This document shows positions 30,655 to 39,608 of a stretch of 64,000 nt of DNA, one piece after another. The notes under the pieces were generated by a model. It was not told the origin of the DNA. It ran no database searches and was given only the letters and a program-made list of their open reading frames with translations. The stretch's first letter is position 1, and each line of letters begins with the position of its first letter. The translations under genes were made by a program, and so were the position numbers. Source of the stretch: an uncultured bacterium (GTDB lineage: Bacteria > JAGOEH01); contig CAZWDO010000012.1 in assembly GCA_964632485.1 (NCBI GenBank), forward strand, positions 1 to 64,000. Reading direction: 5' to 3'.

Positions 30655-31716
30655 TCAATCTACCAGTGAGCGATATAATCTTAGAGTTTGCTCAGCGCAA
30701 ACTTTCCAGGAGTAATGATGAGGTAATTTTGGGGTTTCCCCGGTTGAGAATTTATCGTCAGCAATATTGTCGAGTAAACGAGACAGTTCATCGCTTTTCC
30801 CAAGTGAGTAATAGAAGGGAAAATCTCCGACAGTTTCATGGAAAACCGGGATATTGGAACATATCAAGGGTAATCGGTGGTAAGCGGCTTCGATGGCGGG
30901 GAAGCCAAATCCTTCGTCAATACTGGGAAGGACAACTCCGTTGCAATGGCTATATAATTGGTTCAGTTCATCGGCGCTCAGTTTGTGGGTAATAAATTGG
31001 AATCGCTCGGCTGTCCACTGATTTTTCTTAATGGTTAATTTAGCTTTTTCCTGATCCCGAAGGGAGAGGCCCACCATAATCAATTTAAAATTTTGGTTTT
31101 GCATGGCTGCAAACGCCTGAAAAAGTTCAATGAGATTCTTATGGTTTCTCCATGATCCGACATATAAAAAAAAAGGGGTTTTCTCCTCCTTGAGAACGGG
31201 GGTTTCTTCCCATTCCCCCGGTCCGGGATAACAGTTGACAATATTTGCTTGGGGAAATTTTTGCGTCAACTGTCGGGCAACTTCGTTGGAAAGTGTTATC
31301 AAACAGTCGGAATCTCTAATAGCGCGGTTTAGTATATAGGGATATAGCCATCTGGTTTTGTACGAATAGTAATAGGGGAATTTTAGAGGAATCAGATCAT
31401 AAATAGTTGTGATACTTGGGATTTTGGCCTGAATTGTCAGTGTTAGGTAAGGTGAATGATAGAGATTTATTTTGTGTGAATAGATGAGATGAGAGAGTTG
31501 ATTGCGGCGGTGAAAAGAAAAAGGGCCAATATTTGTGATTTCTTTAGTGAGATGGGGGTGGCTTTTCTGGAAATGAGACGAATCGTTAAGAATTAACAGA
31601 AGTTCTTCGTTAGAATTAAGTTGAGATAACATTGCAGTTACTAGCTGTTTCGTATAAACGGCAATTCCTGAGAATCGGTTGCCCAACGTTCTTCCGTCAA
31701 ACATGTAGCGTATCAT
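30655..31716 (-). CDS. Glycosyltransferase family 4 (mannosyltransferase-like)
   Basis: SGIAVY, TIYDLIP, YVGS..HKN, PSIDEGFGFPAIEA. Confidence 0.92.
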   Translation of the reverse strand: MIRYMFDGRTLGNRFSGIAVYTKQLVTAMLSQLNSNEELLLILNDSSHFQKSHPHLTKEITNIGPFSFHRRNQLSHLIYSHKINLYHSPYLTLTIQAKIPSITTIYDLIPLKFPYYYSYKTRWLYPYILNRAIRDSDCLITLSNEVARQLTQKFPQANIVNCYPGPGEWEETPVLKEEKTPFFLYVGSWRNHKNLIELFQAFAAMQNQNFKLIMVGLSLRDQEKAKLTIKKNQWTAERFQFITHKLSADELNQLYSHCNGVVLPSIDEGFGFPAIEAAYHRLPLICSNIPVFHETVGDFPFYYSLGKSDELSRLLDNIADDKFSTGETPKLPHHYSWKVCAEQTLRLYRSLVD

Positions 31717-31728
31717 GAGAACACACTT

Positions 31729-34518
31729 TCAAAATTCATCCAGCCATTGGCGGGCGATTTGCCGCAAGTAATAGCGAGTTTGAGGTAATTTGCCTTCATT
31801 GAGGTTAAACTTGGCCATATCGAAGAGCAATCGGGGATTTTTTCGATCTTGACTTAATTTTAACTTTGTATCCCGGACCATGGCCAGAAGATCATTATTA
31901 TCATTTTCTTTAAATTCGATATCTTGCGTTACCGCTAAAACGGGAGGTCGAATCAGTTCATCGTATTTTTTCATCAAACCTTCAATTTCTTGCTGATAAA
32001 GAGTGTCATGTCGGATACGGTATAGAGTATCCAGCATAAATAAACGGATCCCTTGTTTCTTTTTTTGCAAAGGGATGAAATCGGGAATATGCGAAAGCGC
32101 ATCATCCACGGCGAGTTGAGCGGAGAGCGTATCATTCAGAATCAAATATCGTTTGACCAGAGTTCGCCTTAGGATGGGAACTTGGGGTGAAAGCCGGCAA
32201 CATTCCATGAGTAAAGATTGACTCTGGTTAGCCCAAGTTGTATACAAAGCGGATGAAGGAGCATATTCGCATTGTTTCCAGTAGAGGTCGGCCGCATAAA
32301 TTCCCGCCATTCGAGAATAAGGGAATTTTTTTTTAAAATTTTGAGCCAATTGTTGAGCTTGCATCAGTTGGAATTTGGAATCCATCTGGGGATATGCGCT
32401 GATCCGCGTGTGGCATTCGCATAGAAAACGATCGGCTTTTTCTGCTAATGGCGGGATGTCGATTTTTTTAAAGCATTCGATCGCTTTGAAATAGTTTTGC
32501 TGGTAATAGAATCGTTCCCCCTGCCAAAACCTGATTTCCTGGCCGAAATGCATCAGCAGAGGATACCCGGCGCTATACATAATTGCAAGAAATATCCAGG
32601 AGCGCGGTAATGAACTTATTTGCAGGGAACAGTATCCCAAATATCCCATTAATCCGAAAAAAATAGCGGACATCCAATAGGGCGCATATTTGATCAGCTC
32701 GGGTGTCTCCGGATAAATGGCCATCATACGATATACCAACCATATTAAGAGTAACGGCCAAATCGATTTGAGAATTTTCCATTCGACTTGATCAGTAATG
32801 AGAATATTTTGAATCGCATAGAATCCTATCATGGCGCCGCTTAGCATTAAAACGGTTATCAGGATTATGGACCATTGGAGTGTATAATTCATATAAAAGG
32901 GTGGGATAAAAAAAAGAATGCCCAGAATAAGGGCTTTTAATGCTGATAATGGAATCAACCGATTTTGTCGGCAATTGTCGGTAGGTTGCAGGCACTCCTC
33001 AAATAGATTTTCCTTTTGATCTTGTAGTTTGAGCCAAAGCGCGAGGCATAAATAGAAATAAGCGTTGCTGGTAATCGATTCGAAGCTGAATTGCATATCG
33101 AAATAAAATGCCATCAATATTGCTATCAGGATATTGGACAGCAGGGAAGTGGGTTTAGAGGGCGCGAATACCGGTTGGAAAATGAGAGCGATGATAAAAG
33201 TTGCAAGAAAAAGCGCAGGAAGTAAAAGGAGAATGATAACGTTTTGAAAGAGCTCTAACCCAATAAACGCTGCCATCGCGTCTAAAAGAAGAATCAGAGT
33301 GAAGATGCGTATTTTTTTTCTATTTAAGCATATCTGTTTTTTTAGAGAATATATCAGAATCAAGGCCATTAATCCCAGATATAAAGCAAGTCCAGGCAAT
33401 CCATATTGAAAAAAATTATCCAACAAAGGGTTGTGGAATCGATCGGGCATACGTAACGGTTTTTCCAGTAATTCGAGATTCGGTGGGTAGATCAGGGGGA
33501 AATAGTGTTGGATAGCATCGCCGCCGTACCCTAACCATAAACGGTAGGCAGTAAATGGGTCCTGATCTCCACTGGTTGTGGTAAAAGCGGGTCGGACATG
33601 TAACGCCTTACCGCCTGCTTTCCACAACTCCCAGCGCACTTCGACTGTGGCGCTGCGTTGGGTTATCGAGGAATATTTCGGTAAGAAAAAGAATAGACTG
33701 ACTGCAGTAAAGAGTAAAAATCCTACGATAATCCAGCGATAACGATGGAAAAAAGCCTGTTTTTGAAGAAGTATCAGGAGAAGCAGGCCACAGGTAGTTC
33801 CCAGCCAGGGTCCCCTACTTTGGGTTAAAATCAGTGCTATCGCCTGAAGTAGCGCGGGAACGACTAGAATAATAGAAATTGAATGTGTTTGGCGGAAGCT
33901 GCGGATAATTCGATAGAATGTCAGGAAGAGGGGGAAAATTAGATATGATCCTAAAAAAATTGGATTTCCCAGAGTAGATGGAGGGCGATTGGCGATGGAT
34001 GTCTGCCAAATCCGCAGATCAAAGCCTAAATACTGAAAAAAAGCATAAAAAGTTACCGGGATAGACCCCAGTATGATGATGTTAATAAGCTGTGATTGCC
34101 TTGCGGGATAGCTGGTTATCAATAATCCGCTGATGAAAAGCGTACTCCAGGCCCAAACGGTCAAAAAGCCCTCATAGCGGGCAGAATTACCCCAGAAGGA
34201 TTCATTCGGAGAAAGGGAGAAAAAGTGTGAAAAAAAAATCCAGCCCGCGCTCAGCCCAACGATGAGTAGCGGGAATTTCATTTTCTGCCAATGATTACTG
34301 AGGAGTTCCCATGCGCAAAGAGGGTGAAAAATTGCCAAAAGCCATATCATGCCACAGAAAAAAATAAGGAAGTAGAATTTGGCAGGTTCAAAGATCATAG
34401 TCGTCTGGTGTTGAATAGTAAGCGGCAGTAAACCTGCTACGATCAGTATTATCTGCGATAGAGAATCTATAAAAGCAGCGGTGTGAGATGATTGGATATT
34501 GGCATGCGTGAACGTCAT
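31729..34518 (-). CDS. O-antigen ligase / O-oligosaccharyltransferase-like membrane protein with a C-terminal TPR-like region
   Basis: STLGNPIFLG, LTQSRGPWLG, R.ELW, LGYG, DRFHN..LD...YGLPGL (Wzy_C motifs). Confidence 0.85.
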   Translation of the reverse strand: MTFTHANIQSSHTAAFIDSLSQIILIVAGLLPLTIQHQTTMIFEPAKFYFLIFFCGMIWLLAIFHPLCAWELLSNHWQKMKFPLLIVGLSAGWIFFSHFFSLSPNESFWGNSARYEGFLTVWAWSTLFISGLLITSYPARQSQLINIIILGSIPVTFYAFFQYLGFDLRIWQTSIANRPPSTLGNPIFLGSYLIFPLFLTFYRIIRSFRQTHSISIILVVPALLQAIALILTQSRGPWLGTTCGLLLLILLQKQAFFHRYRWIIVGFLLFTAVSLFFFLPKYSSITQRSATVEVRWELWKAGGKALHVRPAFTTTSGDQDPFTAYRLWLGYGGDAIQHYFPLIYPPNLELLEKPLRMPDRFHNPLLDNFFQYGLPGLALYLGLMALILIYSLKKQICLNRKKIRIFTLILLLDAMAAFIGLELFQNVIILLLLPALFLATFIIALIFQPVFAPSKPTSLLSNILIAILMAFYFDMQFSFESITSNAYFYLCLALWLKLQDQKENLFEECLQPTDNCRQNRLIPLSALKALILGILFFIPPFYMNYTLQWSIILITVLMLSGAMIGFYAIQNILITDQVEWKILKSIWPLLLIWLVYRMMAIYPETPELIKYAPYWMSAIFFGLMGYLGYCSLQISSLPRSWIFLAIMYSAGYPLLMHFGQEIRFWQGERFYYQQNYFKAIECFKKIDIPPLAEKADRFLCECHTRISAYPQMDSKFQLMQAQQLAQNFKKKFPYSRMAGIYAADLYWKQCEYAPSSALYTTWANQSQSLLMECCRLSPQVPILRRTLVKRYLILNDTLSAQLAVDDALSHIPDFIPLQKKKQGIRLFMLDTLYRIRHDTLYQQEIEGLMKKYDELIRPPVLAVTQDIEFKENDNNDLLAMVRDTKLKLSQDRKNPRLLFDMAKFNLNEGKLPQTRYYLRQIARQWLDEF

Positions 34519-34560
34519 ATCCGTTGTGTATTCTATTCTAAAGGGATGATTGGCTCAACT

Positions 34561-34833
34561 TCAACGCCATTTTTTGAATGAAATGCCCTGTCCGCCTAAA
34601 TCGACGATTACAGCAATGATAATGAATACCAGCCAGCCTGGGGTGAGTGAATGATGATTGAATACCATGGCAAGCGTATAGACTAATGTTGTATAAGGCA
34701 TTAACAAAAAACCGAGCAATGGCCAGATGAAACTGTTGAATGCGCGATAAAACCAATTAGTAAATAGAAAAAGCAGAATCATTATAATTCGCGGGCCGAC
34801 AATAGTCGTTAACGCCAGAAAACAGCATCCCAT
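34561..34833 (-). CDS. Small hydrophobic membrane protein
   Basis: 90 aa, about 3 TM segments, WPLLGFLLMPYTTLVY; AAAGGAG RBS. Confidence 0.75.
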   Translation of the reverse strand: MGCCFLALTTIVGPRIIMILLFLFTNWFYRAFNSFIWPLLGFLLMPYTTLVYTLAMVFNHHSLTPGWLVFIIIAVIVDLGGQGISFKKWR

Positions 34834-34947
34834 AACAGGCTCCTTTCAAAAAATAACAAGCTACCTTTTTAACATAATATGATAAATCCTCAAAGTCAAG
34901 TTTTTTTCTATATCTCTTGATAAATTTATAAAGCCTGTTAAAAAGTC

Positions 34948-34976
34948 TTGACATTGTTTTAATGATATGTTATTAT
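34948..34976 (+). promoter_or_regulatory. Putative sigma-70 promoter (extended -10) upstream of arcC
   Basis: TTGACA, 17 nt, TATTAT, with TG at 34968-34969. Confidence 0.7.
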
Positions 34977-35219
34977 TTAAAGTCTGATCTTAAATCCATA
35001 TCTCAGCCAAACCGATTTTTTGTGGCCATTGGTATCGGATTTCCCGCGCGACCCCCATGGATAATACATAGTTGGATCAGATTATGTTTTATTTTCTCCA
35101 TTCTGCCTGATACTAAGTATGGCAATGGGATTTTGTGGGGAGAGCGTAAATCAATTGGAACTGAATGACATTCAGTTTTGAAGTTGAAACGAACCTATCA
35201 GGTAATCGAGGAGGAATCG

Positions 35220-36185
35220 ATGATCCGTAAACATGAAAATCAAAAGCTTGCGCTAATTGCTTTAGGCGGTAATTCCATTTTGGCAAAAGGCGAATTTTGT
35301 GATATTAACCGGCAATTTGACAATACCCAACGTTCGATGGAGGCGGTGATTGAGTTGATTCACAAAGGGTATAATTTTGTGATCACCCATGGGAATGGCC
35401 CCCAGGTAGGCCAGATTATGCAAATGGTGGAACGGTCGAAAGATGAGATTGCAGAAACACCCTTGGGAGTGGCCGATGCCATGACTATTGGCTCAATGGG
35501 ATATATGATTGAGCAGACGTTGCAAAACGTCATGTTAAAACAAAAAATTTGGCGTCATGTGATTACCGTTTTGACTCAGGTTGTAGTCGATTTGAATGAT
35601 CCTGCGACTGAAGAGTGTACCAAGCCGATTGGCAAGTATTATTCAGAAGCGGATGCCCTTCAACTTGAAAAACAATATGGCTGGGTTATGAAACTGGATG
35701 AAGGGCGGGAGTATCGACGCTATGTGCCCTCTCCCTATCCGATCGATATCGTGGAAAAGGATGCGATTAATGATCTGCTGAAGAATGGTTATATCGTCGT
35801 TGCCGGTGGCGGCGGCGGCATTCCGGTCTATTTCACCGAGGAGAAAACACTTGAAGGACTTGATTGTGTGATCGAAAAAGATATGGTGACAATGAAGCTG
35901 GCGTTGGCGGTAAGAGCATCTTTACTGGTTATTATTACTGCTGTACCGAATGTGTTTTTGCATTTCGGTACGGATCAGCAGATTCCGTTATCGAAACTGA
36001 CTCTTTCACAGGCTCGCTATTATTCGCAAAAAGGCGAATTCGCCAGTAGTTCAATGGCGCCTAAAATCCAGGCAGTGATTGAATTTGTTCAGGCTGATCC
36101 CATGAACAAGGCCATTATCACTGATATCGATCATTTGAAAGATGCGTTGGAAGGTAATGCCGGTACGACGATTACTGCTTATTAA
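35220..36185 (+). CDS. arcC: Carbamate kinase
   Basis: IALGGNSI, ITHGNGPQVG, TKPIG, RRYVPSP, GGGGIPV, SMAPK; GAGGAGG RBS before the ATG at 35220. Confidence 0.93.
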   Translation: MIRKHENQKLALIALGGNSILAKGEFCDINRQFDNTQRSMEAVIELIHKGYNFVITHGNGPQVGQIMQMVERSKDEIAETPLGVADAMTIGSMGYMIEQTLQNVMLKQKIWRHVITVLTQVVVDLNDPATEECTKPIGKYYSEADALQLEKQYGWVMKLDEGREYRRYVPSPYPIDIVEKDAINDLLKNGYIVVAGGGGGIPVYFTEEKTLEGLDCVIEKDMVTMKLALAVRASLLVIITAVPNVFLHFGTDQQIPLSKLTLSQARYYSQKGEFASSSMAPKIQAVIEFVQADPMNKAIITDIDHLKDALEGNAGTTITAY

Positions 36186-36204
36186 TTTCTTTTTGCCCAA
36201 GCTT

Positions 36205-37593
36205 TTAAGTATCATTGCGATGGGTGTGTAGATTACCTCTGACTGAAGAAATAAAAACTCCAGCGAGGCAGAGCAACATAAAAATAGTGGTTGATAGTTG
36301 TACGACTTGAATAAATGCCGGATAGGTTGAAAGAGTGATGGACGCCTGGCCCATGAAGATGCTCATAATGATCATTGTGACACCCATGCTGAATGTCTGG
36401 CCAATCATACGCATCGTGCTGACCATTCCCGAAGCCACACCGAAGGTCCGTCTATCAACCGAGCTCATGATTGCATTTGTGTTAGGTGAAGAAAAAAATC
36501 CGTAGCCAGTTCCCAAAATAGAGAGACTCATCAGGATATATTGGATAGACGTGTCTATATCGATAAATATCAGAAAACTCAGGCCCAGGGCTGTTAGCGC
36601 CATGCCTGTTGACGCAACATGCCGCGGTTCAAACTGGTCCGATATTTTTCCCGCCAGTGGTGACACAAGGGCTTGCATGCCGGGCTGGGCAATTAAAATC
36701 AATCCGGCCATTTGCGGACTAAGCCCTTTGATGTATTGCAGGTATAAACTCATCAGAAAAGTAACGCCAAATGTGGCGCCATAGTTGATTAACGCCGCTA
36801 GATTTGAAAAGGCGAATACTCGGTTGGTTAGAAATAGCGATAAATCGAGGATAGGATATTTCGTTCCGGTTTCGATCCGGTAGAAAAGTATAAATCCCAG
36901 GATTCCTGGAATGATGATTAATCCACCAGTCCATGAGGGTAATAATGTAAACCCCAGCATGATAGCCAATAACGACAGGCTGTAGATAATGGATCCTGTG
37001 ATATCAAACTGCTGGTTGCGCGCTTCCCGCCACTCTTCATGTAGATAATGTGTAAGAAGGTAAAGAATAGTAATTCCTAAGGGGATGATACTTAAAAATA
37101 CAAAGCGCCATCCGATGTAACGGGTAATGATTCCACCGATAAAAGGGCCCATCGACAGTCCGATATAGACTGAGGCAATGTTAATACCCAGTGCTTTTCC
37201 GCGTTGGCCGGGAGGGTAGACTGATGTGATAATCGCCATTGCTGTGCCGAACATCATTGCGCTGCCAATTCCTTGCAATGCCCGGACCATGATTAAAATC
37301 CAGATGTTCGGGGCCAGTCCTGAACCTAAAGACATAAGGGTGAAGATAATTACACCGAAGCTGAAGATACGTTTTCGTCCATAAATATCCGCTAGCTTTC
37401 CGATTGGAACGAGAAATATGGCTCCACTTAAAAGATAAATAGTTGAAATCCAGCTAAGTAAGACAACATTTAAAGAAAAATTACGACCGATCTCAGGCAA
37501 GGCAATGTTGACGCCGGAACCCATAAATGGGGTTAAAAAGGATGCCAAGGTTGTAATGATCAGGGTAATAGGACGAATATCGCGTAGTTTCAT
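36205..37593 (-). CDS. MFS transporter, 14-TM DHA2 (EmrB/QacA-like)
   Basis: VNIALPEI, GKLADIYGRKR motif A, RALQGIG, FSSPNTNAIM; start could be 37620. Confidence 0.9.
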   Translation of the reverse strand: MKLRDIRPITLIITTLASFLTPFMGSGVNIALPEIGRNFSLNVVLLSWISTIYLLSGAIFLVPIGKLADIYGRKRIFSFGVIIFTLMSLGSGLAPNIWILIMVRALQGIGSAMMFGTAMAIITSVYPPGQRGKALGINIASVYIGLSMGPFIGGIITRYIGWRFVFLSIIPLGITILYLLTHYLHEEWREARNQQFDITGSIIYSLSLLAIMLGFTLLPSWTGGLIIIPGILGFILFYRIETGTKYPILDLSLFLTNRVFAFSNLAALINYGATFGVTFLMSLYLQYIKGLSPQMAGLILIAQPGMQALVSPLAGKISDQFEPRHVASTGMALTALGLSFLIFIDIDTSIQYILMSLSILGTGYGFFSSPNTNAIMSSVDRRTFGVASGMVSTMRMIGQTFSMGVTMIIMSIFMGQASITLSTYPAFIQVVQLSTTIFMLLCLAGVFISSVRGNLHTHRNDT

Positions 37594-37683
37594 AGGGCTC
37601 CGTATCGGTTTGATTTTCAAACAATATAAATCGAATAGATTTAAAATGCAAGATTTTAATCAAAAATTTAAATATATCAGGGA

Positions 37684-38904
37684 CTAAATTGCGACCCAAT
37701 GTCTAAAATCCTGTCCACTGGGATTTTGAAAAATCAGTAAATCGAAGGACGGAACAACTGCAATTATATGATCAAAAATATCTGCTTGGATCTCTTCATA
37801 CTCGACCCAGTTTGTGGTTGTCGTAAATACATAGATTTCAATTGGAATCCCTCCGGGCCCTGGCTGCAATTGACGAATCAAAAAGGTAAAATCCTTGCGA
37901 ATATCTTGACGATGCATAAGATATGCTTTTATATAAGCGCGCAGTGTTCCTAAATTCGTCAGTCGTCGCCCGTTGATAAGCTGGCTTTCGTCAATCTGAT
38001 TATGTTGATTGTGGGTTTTAATTTCCTTTATTTTCTGTTCGATATAATTATGGATCAATTGATATTTTTTGAATCGTTCCAACATTTCAAGATTGCAGAA
38101 ATGAACGCTATTTTGATCAATATAGATGGAACGTTTGATTCGCCGGCCTCCGGAAAGCGTCATCCCCCGCCAATTTTTAAAGGAGTCTTCTATCAATTTA
38201 TAGGTCGGTATAACACTGATCGTTTTATCCCAATTTTGGATTTTTATAGTGTGCAACGAAATATCGATAACATCGCCATCCGTACCAAATTTTGGCGCTT
38301 CGATCCAATCCCCGATTTTTATTAAATCGTAGGATGAAATTTGAATGCTGGCCACAAAGGACATGATAGTATCTTTAAAAATTAATAAAATTACAGCAGT
38401 TAAAGCGCCAATGCCCCCAAGTAAAGACCAGGGGGATTCGCCCAATAAAATGGCGATTATAATAATGCTGTTTATAACGTACACTAAGATCATGGCTATC
38501 TGAATATAGCTTTTGATGGGATGATGTTTATATTTTTCTGAACGCATTAACACGTCAGTCACACCTGAGAGAAAAGCTCCCAATAATAATGTCAAAACCA
38601 GGAGAAGTGATGCGTAAACCATGCGATCAATTACTTTTTGAAACTCGGGAATCGTAAATGATAAAAAACGCACGACCAGTATGGGGGCAAAGTAGTTGCA
38701 TCGCCGCAGAAAACGTGAATTGAGTAAAAAATCATCCAACTGAGTCGATGTCTTTATAATAATCTTTTTGATCGTGCGAATGATAATCTTTTTAGCTACC
38801 CAATAGCTGATACTAGCCGCTATGCAAATCAATGTCAGTTTTAAAGCCTGCCATAGGAGTGGGTGACTTTTAGTATAAGTGACCAAATTCATTAAAGTAT
38901 CCAT
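37684..38904 (-). CDS. Mechanosensitive channel, MscS family (YbdG/MscM-like)
   Basis: IGDWIE, DGDVIDISLHTIKIQNWDKT, SFKNWRGM..SGGRRIKRS. Confidence 0.93.
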   Translation of the reverse strand: MDTLMNLVTYTKSHPLLWQALKLTLICIAASISYWVAKKIIIRTIKKIIIKTSTQLDDFLLNSRFLRRCNYFAPILVVRFLSFTIPEFQKVIDRMVYASLLLVLTLLLGAFLSGVTDVLMRSEKYKHHPIKSYIQIAMILVYVINSIIIIAILLGESPWSLLGGIGALTAVILLIFKDTIMSFVASIQISSYDLIKIGDWIEAPKFGTDGDVIDISLHTIKIQNWDKTISVIPTYKLIEDSFKNWRGMTLSGGRRIKRSIYIDQNSVHFCNLEMLERFKKYQLIHNYIEQKIKEIKTHNQHNQIDESQLINGRRLTNLGTLRAYIKAYLMHRQDIRKDFTFLIRQLQPGPGGIPIEIYVFTTTTNWVEYEEIQADIFDHIIAVVPSFDLLIFQNPSGQDFRHWVAI

Positions 38905-39393
38905 GCTTTCTATCCTTTTTTATAGTAGTGGTTTTAATATTGATTTCTTGGCAAATCTACGTTAATACATTCGAGGGCTTATGATATTAGAATGTTTCAA
39001 ATAGCTGGGCTGAACTTGCCGAATGCTGTTTTATAAGAGCGCGAGATGAGGCTCCCCTTGCATTGGGATGCGTATCCGACCACGTGGATATTTGTACCGC
39101 CGGTTTCGCAATATCATTTTAAAAATCGGATCATTACCTGAAAATTTCAACTTATATATACAAAAAATAGCTGTAATGTCAAGTGAAAAAAGTTATAGCT
39201 TAAAAAATGCGGTTACTGGGTATTATCGATATAAATTTCGTAGCATTTTTGAACGTTTTCAGAGAGTGTATTTGCTCTGATTCCAATTCTTAGCGTTGAT
39301 TTTTGGGATATCAATACATCCCCGGGTAGTTTTGATTTTTTAGCATATTGTTTAAAATAATCGCAAATTTTCAAAAAGGAGGAGTCTTTTTTA

Positions 39394-39421
39394 TAAACAA
39401 ATTGGAACTGATGGCGTCTAA
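39394..39421 (+). promoter_or_regulatory. Putative ECF-sigma promoter upstream of the outer-membrane barrel gene
   Basis: TAAAC, 16 nt, CGTCTAA; the same pattern recurs at 63576-63603. Confidence 0.55.
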
Positions 39422-39608
39422 GTATTAAAAGATTTTTGAGGTAATTCAGAGGCTGAGTCCATTTTTTTTTTAAAACGGATACAGAGATTAACTATTTAAA
39501 TCGTGGAATTGCTTAAAAATGATTTCAAACACTGTTTTATATCAAGGTTAAATTTAAGATGGGAATTTTTTTGAATCAATACTGTCCAATTTTGAGAGGA
39601 GAATTTTA

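Noticed and set aside
34962-35168. 68-aa ORF in the arcC leader, and other short antisense or nested ORFs in the track
   Set aside because: It begins inside the predicted promoter and has no RBS or recognisable motif; the nested ORFs are shadows of real genes
39041-39110. Partial resemblance to fluoride, M-box or ZTP riboswitch starts (GATGAGGCTCC; GGGGAGC on the minus strand)
   Set aside because: The required downstream conserved elements of each class are absent, so no named riboswitch was called
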